NCBI GenBank assembly: GCA_051362555.1
Contig: CM120644.1
Span: 17,320,534 to 17,384,533 of the forward strand
Origin: Lingula anatina
Taxonomy: Eukaryota > Animalia > Brachiopoda
Direction: 5' to 3'
DNA length: 64,000 nucleotides
Position numbers and translations under genes: made by a program
Shown: piece after piece, positions 47,061-60,882 of the stretch
Numbering within the stretch: the first letter of the stretch is position 1
How the letters are laid out: the number at the start of each line of letters is the position of its first letter
The notes under the pieces: model-generated
What the model saw: only the letters and a program-made list of their open reading frames with translations
Databases searched by the model: none
Told to the model about the DNA's origin: nothing

Positions 47061-50052
47061 GACTTGTAATTATTCCATATTGGTTCAGAGAACAGGAACT
47101 GAAGAAATTGTTTTACCCCGAGAAATCAATTTTTTGGTCAATTTCAGCTGTATCCATTTAAAAAACCGACTTGATTTAAGCTACATCAGAATCATCCCAC
47201 CCCTTCATTATCATGTTCAAATGTCAAATTAAGTATTAATACTAAGAATAGGCCCCCAAATTAAAACAATTCACGATAGTAAAAGCCAAAACTATATCTA
47301 AAAGAATTAGTTGCATATGCTATAGAACAAAAATCTCATGTGAATTTTTTAAAAACTAGGATTGTAAATTTATATAAATTAGAACTATAAAATGTAGGTT
47401 GTTGGAAACCATTTTAGATATTTTTATTTCAGTGCGCTAAAACAGCTTGGAGGGTTTATTTAGAAAATACTGGTCATTTTACAACTATTTAAAATTTAGG
47501 TACCACAGAAAACCGTCAACCACAAAAACATTGACATTATTTACAGATCAGATTGAATTTGAAAGTCCTCAAACATTAAAAATAACTCATTTTCCATAAT
47601 TACTATTATTTTTATCATAATAATTTCATAACAAAGTGAAAAGTAAAACGTCAAATTAAAAATGTTTTTATTGAGTTTTCATATAATAAATGTCCGAAGG
47701 AGCGTGGGTTCCTGTGTGTGAAGCAAAGGCTAGACTTCATAGGTTGCTTTCAGGATGATGTGCAGAATCTCGTTGAGCTCCTGAAAGGATAAAATAATGT
47801 TTACAACTTTGAACTAAACAGACAGGCTTTCTACATTCTAATAATGCATGTAATATCACAGGGCAGAGGGCACATATAAAATGGAATGGCGTGCAAGTTT
47901 ATTAACTAGTCTGATGTTCAGGTTCAACTACTAGCACAAAACCAAAACTATGTTCTGGAATTAGTTAATGATACAACTATTTGAGGTCTCTTGTTAAAAA
48001 AGTAACATTGATAGCACAACCCGTTTCATTTGCAGAGTGGGCGAGGTTACTGCTACGACCGTTTATATATCCCTCTTGATATTAAATGTTATAACACGGG
48101 TTGTAGTACATGTTGACGCATTTCAGAGAAAGAGATCATTTACAAATTCTCTTCGAAAATTATAACAAAAAGGGCCTACATTGCACATATATAATAAGTT
48201 TTCATACAGTGAACCGTGTAATGGATGAACAACACACGGCACAATGGAGACGACAAGCTGTGTAAAATTTGTATCTGTCAGTCATTGTGCAATGAGCACC
48301 CGAAATCCTTAGATCAGAAGCTCAGAATGGTGTCAAGCATCATCCAATTAATTAATTTGGGTGGTAGTACTCACATTTAAACACACACTACATTTTAAAT
48401 TAGATCAAAATATTCAGAATTAATTGTCAAGGCCGGGGCACACAAAATGTTCAAACAGAGGGTTACAAAGTGCAGAGGATTTCAAGCAAACTTAGATTAT
48501 CACCAAAAGTCAGATGAATGCGCCGTTTATCCTGAACATTTGGAGTCCCAGTGCACTGTAGGCAATAATTTCTACCACTCTGAGTGACATACAAGTGACA
48601 ATGGAAATATATTAAAATGATTTATGTCATAAATATTTGTCGTAAATATTTTTCTCATTCTTCTGCGCCTTTAGTATTTAATGGCTGTGGTTTATGAAGA
48701 AATAGTGATACTCACAAACATACATTTGCTTCCACGCCTTATAAAGCTCGACCTTCTGACTGCTCCACACATACTGTTGCATCTACACCCGACTCTGTCT
48801 AACTGCCAAGTGAGCATTCGGGAAGACAGCTCGCACTACGACTTGTTGTTATGCAAATAACAACAGGTATAGCTATATTTAGGTGAGAGGTTGTTACTAA
48901 AACTGTTCACGAATGTTCAATAAACCCGGTGGTGATACCTTCATATGCTCAAAGTCGTGCAAATATTCGATGTCACATACAATACTCTACAAGGCCAAAA
49001 GTGTCTAACTGGGCCTACTACACATGTAGCCCACCTGTTGAAAGGGGGGGGGGGGGTCCAGAACGACAAACCTCTGATGCGAAGCCGACCATCGCCCCCT
49101 TGGCGTGGTTTTGGGGCCTGCTTAAGGGCTCTGAAATTTTTTTGTGTTCTGGAGAGCAAACAGTGCCCTTTGGTACGTTTTAGAACTATGATTTAGCTTG
49201 TCAAAATTCTACTTTCAAGAGAGGAATATTGGTGTGATATATTGATGTGATATATTTTTCAGAAACCGAAGGAGGGTCGGGACCCCCCCCCCCGGTCCCC
49301 CCCTCTAAATCCGCCACTGTTGTCAGGAAGCGAGTATGATGTCTAACGTCTAAGAAAATGTCTAGGATGTTCATTTTGAATAACTCAGTGAAAAGCTTGC
49401 GGCTATTTTCGCGGTGTCGACGATTTTTTTTAAAAAATTGAAGAAACATTCTTTGTTTCTTTTGGGAGCAGGACGGTATTTTTAGTTGTTTTTGTAATAT
49501 TTTAGCCATGAAATAATCTTAAATTCAGTAACATCCATGATTAACTAGACGATAATTGCGACAGGGCACAGTTTTAAAGATGTTTAACACGAAACACGGC
49601 AAAATTGCATTCTCTTTTAAATATGCATAACCATCGTTTACCAGGCATTGTGAAAAATGTACTTGATATTGAGGGAAAAATATTCCAGTAAAAAAAACTT
49701 GCATTTTGCAATGTCCCTTTAATCGCAGTCTATTTTTGTTTGAATTAATAACGTGAGAATATTATCCAAATTGGGTTAACTTTCGTTACCAAAATCTTCG
49801 TTACTGAATACGAAAATTCCCCATACTGGCAAGGCATGAATTTTTAATTTTCCACGCTTTACACAAAAAGCTAGATATATCACTTTCTATCACCATAGTC
49901 TTAGGTAAAGTAGCATTCTGGAATATATCTTGCACTACATTTTTCTCTTTTGTTTTCTTCCAGTGGACATATACACTGAGAATGAATGTTCGCGATAGAT
50001 TGACAGAAGTCTTCCTGGCTACTTAATGTGCTTTATTCCTTAAAGTTATTGC

Positions 50053-50096
<44 letters not shown>

Positions 50097-50744
50097 CGAC
50101 GACTATGATGATGACGACGACGACAACAATAAATAAATAAATAAAATGACCGGTTTGTTATTTTCTACACATTTAATCTAAAACCTTCAGGATACAGGTA
50201 TCAAAACCGTATTTATGTACAAGGCGTCTGTATGCAATGAAACGTCTTTATTCTTAAAGCCAGACAAGTAAACTTTTTGGACAAAGTGCTTTCCAAAGAA
50301 CCAGACAGGCCTGTCTTTATACATAGATTAATCAATTGCAACTGAAAAATAACTGGTAGCGTAAATACAGTACGCTATTTTAACAAATTAAAGCATTACT
50401 TGAAAGACATGATATAATTGCAATTATAGGAGGAATGTTGCTTTATGTTTTCAAGGGCATGTTTGAAGAAACGGGAGTGTACACCTTCTTATAACTGCAT
50501 TTTTCATTGCTAATAAGAAGTCCCTACTACTTTTTATACTATTTCAGAGACCTCCGTGATATTAGGGTGTAGCACTACTTTTTATACAACTATTCGTTTT
50601 TCGAGTGCTGCCTTTTTCACTGGTCTCACTCACCATCGATTAAACTTTTAATTAACTGGTTCAAATGGCACTTTTTGCTTGATCTTCTTTACTAGTCTTG
50701 TGCTGTAAACCATGCGCTATTGTACCGGTACTAGTATAAATAAA

Positions 50745-51010
50745 GATGCGTCCACAATGAAACTTCCTTGCAATGAAGGTCGATCGAACTCCGCTGCCGC
50801 TGGGAACTCTCGCTGAATGCAACCATATTGATTGAAGGACACGCCCCCTCTTGTTTCCAACATACTCGAATAATCGCAAGCTTTTCTTTATTCTACTCAA
50901 CCCCAGAAAGGCGGTGTTGTGATCTTTAATTCTGATTGCATTCAGCGAGAGTCCCAGCGGAGTTGGATCGATCTACCTGAAGTACAATAGTTTCATTGTA
51001 AATGCACCCC
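50745..51010. mobile_element. MITE family B copy
   Basis: acaatgaaact..ctctcgctgaatgcaa / ttgcattcagcgagag..agtttcattgt inverted arms. Confidence 0.65.
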
Positions 51011-51432
51011 AAAGCATCTCATACATGTTATACATACTATAACCAATTATTTAATCGCAACCTTCTGTGTACAGTTTTTTATTATAACATAATAAGGTCT
51101 ATTATTTAAACTTTGAAGATTTGAAATGCATTACCAAAAATTTCACCTCAAAACTGGCTCTAATCATAAGTACACCAGAATTTCAACATTACGCTTTAGT
51201 GAAAACGATTTTCCAAATAACGGTTAGTACGTGTTGTTAATTCTAATATAACATTGTTGCCATAAGCTAGCGCGTACTAGAAAATGTGTGAAATGTATTT
51301 ACATCAATAAGAACCATTCACAAGAAAGAAACTCAATAACTCGATCTCTTTACCATTTCTTGACTCCTATTTTGTCGATAATGACGCCGGTACCGACCTA
51401 ACCCTAAAATGAATGGATTGTACCATGCGTAT

Positions 51433-54400
51433 CTACTTTATTCTTATTTGAAGGTCGTATTGTAGAGGAAATAAAACGGCGACAACTACGACAGAGGCAA
51501 ATGTCACAATCAGAAACAACCGGTCCAAGATGACAGCATAAAGTTGCCATTCCAAGTGAATCTTTAGCTTCTCTCGCTTTTTCTCGCTCTCGTATGACAG
51601 AGTCCTCCTGGCGCCTTTGATTTGCGCCAGAATAGCATTCAGAGTCAGGCGGCTGTGCAACTTGCCATCGTTTTTTATCAATGAATCGTTATCCGTGTTG
51701 GACTCGCCTGTAACTGGAATATCCAAAACATCCATTGATATGTCCTGAAATTGTAATGATCGGACGGTTAAAATAGAAGAATAAAAAAAAAACCTTGCAA
51801 AGTAAATGTTTTTAAAATATCGTTTTGCCTTCGAAATAATAATAATAATAATAATAAATTAAACTAGGAATACATTTATCTATCTATCTAAAAATAACAT
51901 CCTCAGTGAAAAATTTACATCAGAGTGGAAATGAAAATTAACGGTGTGCATAAACTGAAAGGTAATATGCAACTTAATTAAACACAAAGGAAAAAAAATT
52001 AAAACTATACTCTGCAATAAAGCATACTAAATCAAAAATCGATGCCAACTGGTTATTACGTTTTTCTCTTCATCTGCACTAGTATCAAATATTTTCTTCG
52101 CCTCTTTTCCGAAGCCAAGTACTCTTCCAATGCAGCCCACTACCAGATGGCGCTTGCAGTACGTCAGTGAGTGCCCTGATCCTTGTTCTAGATATGCTCC
52201 ATAGGACCAACATGAGAGGACAACAGACAGAACGATGCGGCAAATCACGGACACAAAGAATTGAGCTGAAATTGAAATGTGCCATTGCATTAGATGTGAC
52301 TGGAAAAGGTTTTACCGAACGATGCGGCATATCACAGACACAAAGAACTGAGCTGAAATTGAAATGTGCGATTGCTTTAGATGTGACTGAAATAGCTGTA
52401 TGTTAGATTGGTTGTGTCTTGTGTGAATTAATATTTGGTAGAGTAAGCTAGAGTTGTGTTGGTTGTGATGGAAATGATTGCACATCTAGTTGTATTAGTT
52501 GTGACTGATACTGTGTAACGTTGCATTAAGTGTCATGGAAGGGGTATTCACTGGCTAAATTAGCTCCGTTAAACTGGGAAGATTACTTGGTGTAAACATG
52601 TACATACATTTTATAATTATACCAGCAAAATATTGAGAGAGACTATCTACATACATGTGCATCTTATAATTTCACCAGCAAAGTTTTGAAGAGAGATAGA
52701 GAGAGAGAGAGAGATGCTTGTGTCGTACCTATGACTGGTACTTCGTTACTCCCTGTGACACCCATAGGAACAATGTCTTTGCTGTACACAGTAAACACAA
52801 AGAACCCAACTAACTGAATCAATGCGAATGTAATCCTCTGAGGGCTACTAACAGGAAGCAAAAACACACACAGTGGCAACAAGGTGAAAACGATAAACGG
52901 GAAAATCACTGTGTACCAATACGTCACAGACCGGCGTGCAAACCGGAAGGTGAAAGTTGACTTGACGTAGACGCGGTTCAAAAACGGCGTTGAGGCACTT
53001 TGTGATGACAGTGACGTCACTTCCCATTCGATGTTCGGAATCATGTCTGCAGCCGAGCTAGAAGTTTGAACTACGGGGCGGGGTTGGGCTGTGATGGCGA
53101 CAGGGAAGGATAAGACCGTTATGTTGCAGTCCTGGTAATCAAAAGGAAAGAAATACAGGTCCGTCTGGCATGGAACGTCCACCGGTCGCCCCGGAGTGGT
53201 CCAAGTTATTAATCCCGTTGAGTCAATGGAAATACTGTCGTCTGCCGTCTGTTTTGCTATTTCTTTGTAATGCTGAAAGCTGGTAGATGAATGTATTTGT
53301 TAGTAATGTAAATAAATAAACAAATAAATAAATTTATAAACATCTTTTATGCAATTATCCAACATAGATTTTAATGAAGAAGTTGGACCATGTTTTATCC
53401 CATTATGCCTACTTTTTGACATCTGACCATGGGCCTTAATTTGAGTAAATGTGTTTTTGACTTTAACTTAACCCGAAAAGTGTCTAAAACCAGTATTCTG
53501 CAAATAATTTTGACTATGGGACTCGACTTAGTGTACCTAAAAAATCTCGTTGAAATAACACTAAAGCCAGAAATCAGTTCCTGTCAAACCCCGTGAACGG
53601 CCCTTTGTAATTTTTATACCATTCACGCCTGCTTTTAAAAGTTACCTTTCTAGGTAGCGGACCTCTGGGGTCCAAACGTCGTTTGGCTGAACATGTATTG
53701 TGTTCACACCGCCATATTGCTGACGGTTCCATTGGAGCCGCTCATCTAACCAACTCTAGAAAAAAGAGAGTTTTGGGGATGATAAGGAGCCAAAGAGGCG
53801 TGGCTCGTGTTAACATATAAAAATGCGTTTTTTTTTCTTCTTACCGTATTTCTTACTTGTGTTCTGTAAAAATGAAAAAAAAGAAGAAAAAACGTTAATT
53901 AAATCTTTAGGTTAAAGGGTGGTCAAAAGTTGGGGTAGGGTTCTGTGGTACTAGTGCACGTACTGCTGAATTTAGACTTAATTTGTTAGAAAATACTTAC
54001 AGTCTGAATCAAAATATCCATTCCAAGCGCGGTGTGATCAATATTCTGTAATCATGATTAAAATTAGAAAAAAAATTGAGTCAGACTTCAGTGTAATATT
54101 ACGAAATACGTTTCATACGATGCCCCATAAGCACCACGCTAATCGACGCTAAGGGGTGCATGCAGGCCATCGTAGTTCCAATTCTTATGCTTTACTAACA
54201 ACTAAAACGGAAATAATATAAAGTATAGTAGGCTATGACCAAATAAGTCGGGGACCTCCTTGTGGGCCCCCACTTATCGTAATCCTCAGTTGAAACTATA
54301 ACACTCGTGAAGTCGACGTTAGATTATTTATATTTAGTGTATATAGAAAGACGACATACTATTTTGAATCACTCATTTATACAGTCAAAAAAGCATGAAG

Positions 54401-57400
54401 TTAAGTGTAAATGGGTGATTCAACAAATAATAATAATAGTAATAGTAATACACTCACAATATGTCTCAATCTTTGCACGATTATTCTGATAGTACTCTTG
54501 TTTGAAGTAAAATGTTCTGCAGACGGTGGCTGTAATTGTTGGTAATCCTGAAATATCGCCTTTATTATCTCAGCCTCGTAATTGGTTGTTGGTTCCTCCG
54601 TGGTTGTCATTGCGTTAGATGTGACATTTGCACTGGTTGTTCCCGCAGTCGACATTGTGCTATTGGGTGTGCCAGTGGTATTGGTAACTTCAGAGGAGAT
54701 TGCGGTAGGAGTGACGGGTGAAAGTGTGGTCTGCGAGGCGATTGTGTCCGGTGTGACAGAAGAGTTTGTCAGCATTGTGCTGGTGGACGCTTCCACGCTT
54801 GTTGAATTGGGATCCAAAACATTTTTCACCGTCGAAGAATATGTTGGGGAAACCGCGGGCGTTGTTGACGAGGAAACATTCGCCGCTCCAGTTGCTGATG
54901 GCGGTGTTGTGGTAATCTCTTGCACAGCGGGAGGTGACGTTAAATTTTGCTCAGTAGAGGGCGTTTGGGTAGTCACATTTTGAGCTTGAATATCTGAAAA
55001 AAAAATAAAGAAAATAGAGATTTAATGTACTGAGATCTACACCAAAAGTCATTAAAAGGCCTTGGACCCACCTCCGGGCAGTATCCAGAGAGAGAAAAGA
55101 GGCACTTGAATATAAGAGGGAGAAAGGTAGGCTACGGCAGAAAGACAAATGTTTAGTTGAAATTTGTAGAGATGAATGAACGAACGTTTTCAATAACGGA
55201 TCAGGCCGGGGGACGGATCGACGGGCGAACAGACAGACAAACAAATATAGAGAAAGTGCGCTTTTTCGACTGTGCACTTCCTCCAGAGACAAAAAACACG
55301 ACGAGTGGAATTTAACTGAACAATTCAAGAATTCCACGTAACGTAAAGTGCATGTGCTACGTGTCAATCCCAGAGCACCGCCACATGACCTTCTACTAGT
55401 ATTAAAGTTTATTTTAATTTTTTTGTTCATTATTAATTGTTTTTGCGCCTGAAGATAAGTCAATCAGATCTTTGGGTCATTGAATTAATCCTCTTCTTAA
55501 TCTTTATCTTCTAATAGATTGCAAACCGAGGCCAGTAGAGCCTTCTGCAGGTTCTCTTACTCGGAGGTTCATGATAAGTAACTGATGTAGATCCGTGTAA
55601 CAGAGGCTGCCCTCCATTAGATTCATATAGGTTTAAGTTATCGTGACGTAAGCGGATGATAATGATAATTATAATAATTAATTGTCATATGTATACATAA
55701 AAGTATAAAATGGAAATTAATATGTTCCGTCGATAAAATAAAATACAATAGAATGATTAAAATCCATTTTGTTCATACGAAAATACATTTACGTACTGCC
55801 GATGGCATAAGGATCTACAGCTGGTCTTACCTGTACATATCAATATATCACACCAAAGGGTCTCTGACACCGGACCATTTTTGAAAAATATTTGGTTTGT
55901 TTTGTGTGCTTAACAACTTGAATGTTATATTGAAACCGTTGTTTTTTTTTTTACGTGATCGTGTGTCATTTTTACCTGGCTGCTCCAGCACCATAGCGGC
56001 ACGCCTAGGACATTGACCTATAACGCGAGTGTATGAGGAGGTTAATGGCAAAACTGGACAGGTAGCCCTATTAAATTCTGATTTTATCAGTGCTGTCATT
56101 CCGCTTAGAAGTTCAATTCACCTTGAAAGCGGTTGTCTTCGTGAATTGTGCCAATCTGATATGATCTTGTTTAGAAGTAGAAATGATAACAATATTGAAA
56201 AAAACCTTTGCCAGTTGTAGTTCACGATATCTGGCCATGGTCCGTTGTTATCGATCTTCCTTTGACCTTGAAACTCCTTGAAAAGCGTTTGCTTTTTGCC
56301 TTATTAAAGAATATCAAATCATTATTAATTAGAGAGTGTTTTAAAAAGGGGAATGCTTTCTATCCCATATGCACATTAATATTCTCTAGATTAAAACCAG
56401 CAATTTCAGCCAAATGTATTGGTGTAGATATGCTAGTATAGGTGTTTTAAAATATGGTACCACTTAAGAGCAGTACTTTATCAACTAAACTATCACAGTT
56501 CATCATTGCCCGTTTTCATGCTTAACGTACATTAAATGACAGTGACCGCCCAGCTTTGGATTTCCCCGGTTGAAATTGACAAACAGTTATTGTTCTTTTA
56601 CTCGACGACCTGGTTTTATAAGTCTTTTTAATTCATTCCTTTTTAATTATTCTCATTTGTCGTCCTCGGGAAATGATTTGATTTTTGTAGACCTGACAGT
56701 GCACAGTAATATGGGCTATTCGTCACTGTCAGGCTAACGCACGCACGTGCGTGCGAGCGTGTGTGTGAAATTTTGATAAATCTCAGGGTGTGTATTTTCT
56801 ATTTATTTTGGTCAATATTTTGTTAAAATTTTGGAGCAAATCCAGGGCTCTTCCTTTCTATTTTTCTTGCCTGCACTGCACATCGTTGAATAGGTTTAAT
56901 CGGGAGAGCGATAAAAAAGACAGCATTGTAAACGTTTTCCGTTATACTTTAGGCCTTCAAATTACTCGTATATATCATTTTTATCTGTACAACAACGAGT
57001 ACCTACTTTGACAGGCTTTATCTATCCGCCGTATCTTTTGAAATTAGCTTCCAAATCATCTGCGTAAATACACTTGAACAGACGATTTTCAAAAGTTTTA
57101 CATGAAGAGTGTCAAGGGGCTATTGTGGCGGAACAAAGCTGAGTATACTAGTATTGTGTTCAGAATACACCGTATTTTGTTCCATATTATCATATGACCT
57201 CAGGTTTCTTGTGGTGCCAGAATATCGCACTATTAGGCGACCGATCAGGATAAATAGTAACAGCAACGAATATCAGTTACCATTCAGAATTTTTTTGTGG
57301 CAAACAAAGTCTTTTATCTACGCGAAACATAAGAATGTCTTCTCTCCTTTTTTCACAGGGGGTGGGTATTTTAGGTGTTGGTTGAGCCGAGATATCTTAG

Positions 57401-57966
57401 GTGTTAGATTTGGATGATGAGAATAGGATGACTCGGTCCTAGAACCTTCAAATTTCCCGCAATTGTCCGCAGTGACACCTGGTGGACAGTGCTATGACCA
57501 ATGACAGAAGGCTTGACTCACTCAGAATTATTTTACAACGTAAATGGGTTAAACTTCTGTGGGAAAACTTTTCTTATAGCATCCTATGAAACCTCAAGTT
57601 TTTGTTAGAATCCTATTTTGCTTAAAGAGAGCTTTGGGTTGCAAATATGCAGGCGAGAATAATTGGAGCAGTGGGGTGCACGTTAGAATAAAATCTGTGA
57701 ATAAGAGAGATGGGGCGTATCTAGTGCTTTCTCAGGTGTAATATTACCATTTTAACATGATTCGGTCCAGGGGATTCGAGTGCGGCAAAGCATTTGTTAT
57801 CATTGTTCAGTATTATACGGTGGAATTATCATGACCTGGCCCATTCGCATCTCTCTCTCTCTCCCCCTCTCTCTCTTTCTCCTTTTCTTGATGATTTTCC
57901 TTTTCAAGAGAGAGGTATACTTGCTGTATTTCTAATAGAGCCAGCAATCATGCAGGTGCAGGGCTC

Positions 57967-58026
<60 letters not shown>

Positions 58027-58788
58027 AGAGGAGTAGGAGGACGCGAGTTTTGAGCATCCATAAATCAAGAAAGAGTCAGCTTGCTTAGCTAAAACAATAA
58101 ATTCTTACAAGACACATTAGCTGAGATAAAAAATATCCTGTTCAAACAAAAACCAATGGTGCAGTCTCAGTCTACTGGTAGGCAAACCAAACTGTTATAC
58201 CTTTCATGTACGTCTTGAGCCATGTCCCCATACAAACGAGCCCAAAGATTACGCTTAGATCACCATGGGGAGCCAATCTTATCCCGAATTTTCCCACCCA
58301 TGTGGTCACTTTGGGTGTGCTATTTGAACGGCTACCTACCACGATGAGCTGATCGTAACAATACAGCCAGTTCAGATGGAACATATCAAGAAAGGTTGCG
58401 CCAGTTTTAGTGGTATACTGGGCCTTATTTGTATAATCTAAAGGCCCCACCTACCAGTACACACGAACGCTCTGTCGTTTTAAAATGTGAATATATTAAA
58501 CCAGGCCCGTAGCCAGCAATTTGAAAGGGGGGGGGGTTCTTTTTCTGAAAAAGTGGACCTTTTACCATATAATCCCCATGTACCTAGGTCAAATTTTACA
58601 CAGAGTGGACCTTTTTCCAGCAAAAAGGGGGGTTCTTTTGACCCCCCCCCCCGAACCCCCCCTGGCTACGGGCCTGTAAACAAATGTATTTTCGTACATG
58701 TAACCCCTAGAGTAGAATCATAACCTTAAACTGAACCTTAAAGTGAGAACATTCCGTTTGGCTCCGAAGGCTGCATGAAAAATTTTAA

Positions 58789-58847
<59 letters not shown>

Positions 58848-59103
58848 AATATAGAGTTGCTAATGGGGTTTAGCCACCATTCTGTCTTCAAGGAAGAGAA
58901 AACAAACTAACCACATACGTTAATGAAGAAATTAACTGTCCAATTTCATAAAGATTAATACCTTGTAAATTATTCGCCTTTTGCGTGTGCTAAAACATTT
59001 ACAATTAGTGACTTCTGCTTGAATAAACGATGAGGCACTCACCTACGTGCAACACAGCCAAGATAAGAATATATAGGGTTCTTTCCCACGTTGTTCTCAA
59101 CAT
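51433..59103 (-). CDS. Divergent Cys-loop ligand-gated ion channel (nAChR-like, non-alpha) subunit with N-terminal Thr/Ser-rich mucin-like extension, 606 aa, 7 exons
   Basis: Exons 59103-59043 (signal peptide MLRTTWERTLYILILAVLHV), 54993-54458, 54045-54001, 53755-53646, 53279-52729, 52265-52060, 51744-51433. Motifs WLDERLQW..YGG..VWTPEV, Cys-loop C-x13-C (CQTDLYFFPFDYQDC), four TM segments, EWQLYAVILDRLF before TM4; 45-nt and 110-nt exons typical of nAChR genes. The first exon assignment is less certain than the rest. Confidence 0.88.
58502..58676. mobile_element. MITE family A copy
   Basis: CAGGCCCGTAGC...GCTACGGGCCTG; TAAAC on both flanks. A truncated copy lies at ~28880-29003. Confidence 0.85.
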
Positions 59104-60305
59104 CTTTCAAACCCTTGGGATGTGGCTTGGACGACGTTCTTTTAAGTGCCCTAAACCTTATTGGCCTAAGATGGCGTATTCTTCACCGGTAGGGTACGTT
59201 TATGCTGAAACTTATAAATCCAAGACAAACGGCGTTGGGTTACAAGAAATAAATAACGCTTGTGTATATATCCTTGTAAATTCCTCTGCAGTTCAAGGAT
59301 GCGGGTCCAGCGTATATTATGTCTGTTATATCGCTCGTTTGCTAACCTTGCAGAAAATCTTGCATAAAAACTTGAATATTATTGAATATTGTGCAGCCTT
59401 GTGAATCGGTTCCGTACACAAGCGATGTCAACTGAAATAATTGTTTTTTTTTTTCTTTTTGGTGTCAGAAACAATGTGTAATTTGAGTGTACATTTTCAG
59501 CAAAAATGCGGCATGTATTATCCACCGAAATAACTTGCAAGAGAACGCAGACACTCCCCTTACCTTGAGCACTCCCACAGTCTTCGCCACGCCGTCTTTC
59601 TGTACCTACCGGCTAAGGACGCTAATCAGTCACCGTCCAGCGTGAAATGTAATAAAATATCCCACACCTGTCCTTTCACTAACACCAGGACTTGTATAAA
59701 TAAGGCAGAAATATTTGCATCACCGTTCAAGCGAGATGAAAAATACGAAGGCGCTTTCACAAACAAGAAGACCCCAGCACAATATTAATGTCAGTATTGC
59801 GGTCGGTTGCCTGTGTTGTGTGCGACATAGTTAACCAGATCGCGGAACGTCCTCTATATTATAGAGAGTTAATCTTGGTGCAAATTTCACGCACGTTAAC
59901 CGCGTAAATGAAGCTCGTATATTTTATTAAACACTGCCTTGGTAAACTACCGAGGGCTTAATCACTATCTTCGTGTGACCATTAACGAAGGCTGACACAG
60001 GGCGAGTTAATAGGATTCGCTTAGCTCGTTCATCAGTATAAATAGCAAAACCTGAAGTTTATGCTACTGTTGCAGAATCCCCTCTCACAGGCATTTAAGT
60101 CTTTCCGTGTGCAAGCGCACGCGCACACACACACACGCACGTGTGCGCGCGAGGGCACACATACAGACAAACACGCACACTCACACGCGCGCATGCATAT
60201 ACACGCACATGTACACAGATATACCCTTCAATGAGAGGTCACAATACACCACAGACTGTAAGCGACCGGTTAGTTTATGCATTATTGTGGTGATTCGTCC
60301 AAGAC

Positions 60306-60307
<2 letters not shown>

Positions 60308-60374
<67 letters not shown>
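60308..60374. repeat. (AT)n microsatellite; other simple repeats: (ATT)n 1137-1187 and 32097-32134, (CT)n 31497-31550, (AAT)n 50053-50094, (GT)n/(GA)n 57969-58029, (TAAA)n 58786-58846
   Basis: Read directly from the sequence. Confidence 0.95.
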
Positions 60375-60375
<1 letters not shown>

Positions 60376-60581
60376 CAGTAGTATACGGCGTATGCATTTA
60401 AAGTCCATTTGCAGCGACAAATAGCACTATGCTGTAAAAACTCATATTGTGGTTATTTTGAACCTTTCTCACCGGGCACTTCACCAACTCGATGTCAGTT
60501 ACAAGGACGGCGGGCCGGACGGCGATGGGATTAGATGGTTAGACATCGTTTTCACGGTCAACTGACAGAGTGCATAATAAG

Positions 60582-60882
60582 TTATCACTGTGTGTTTAGA
60601 CTTAGGGCTCATTACCAATGAAACTATCGTTCTACGTAGATCAATCCAACTCTGCTGGACTCTCGCTGAATGCAATCAGATTCACAGATTAACACGTCTC
60701 CTCTACTGAGTCCTAGCGTCAGAAAAGCTGGTGATTACACGAGAACTGGTACAATGGAAACAAGGGGAAGTATGTTAATCTGCTAATCTGATTGCATTCA
60801 GCGAACCTGCAGGGTTGGATCGATCTAAGTAGAACGATATTTTCACTGGGAATGAGCCCTAAGTCTAAACACACAGTGATAA
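60582..60882. mobile_element. MITE family B copy with extended perfect outer inverted repeat
   Basis: Outer 32-bp perfect IR ttatcactgtgtgtttagacttagggctcatt (60582-60613) / 60851-60882, enclosing family-B arms. Confidence 0.7.

Noticed and set aside
47690-48800. Possible small spliced gene on the minus strand (splice-like signals near 48716, 48556, 48375 and 47781)
   Set aside because: Tried joins give only very short peptides with no recognisable motif; cannot be supported without transcripts.
54536-54983. Val-rich hydrophobic + strand ORF (133 aa)
   Set aside because: Antisense of the Thr-rich mucin exon (ACN codons read as Val/Gly on the other strand).
55831-55993. Alternative first coding exon of the Cys-loop gene (donor ACAG|GTAAG at 55831)
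   Set aside because: Phase-compatible but encodes no signal peptide; exon 59103-59043 gives a much better one. It could still be a minor or untranslated exon.
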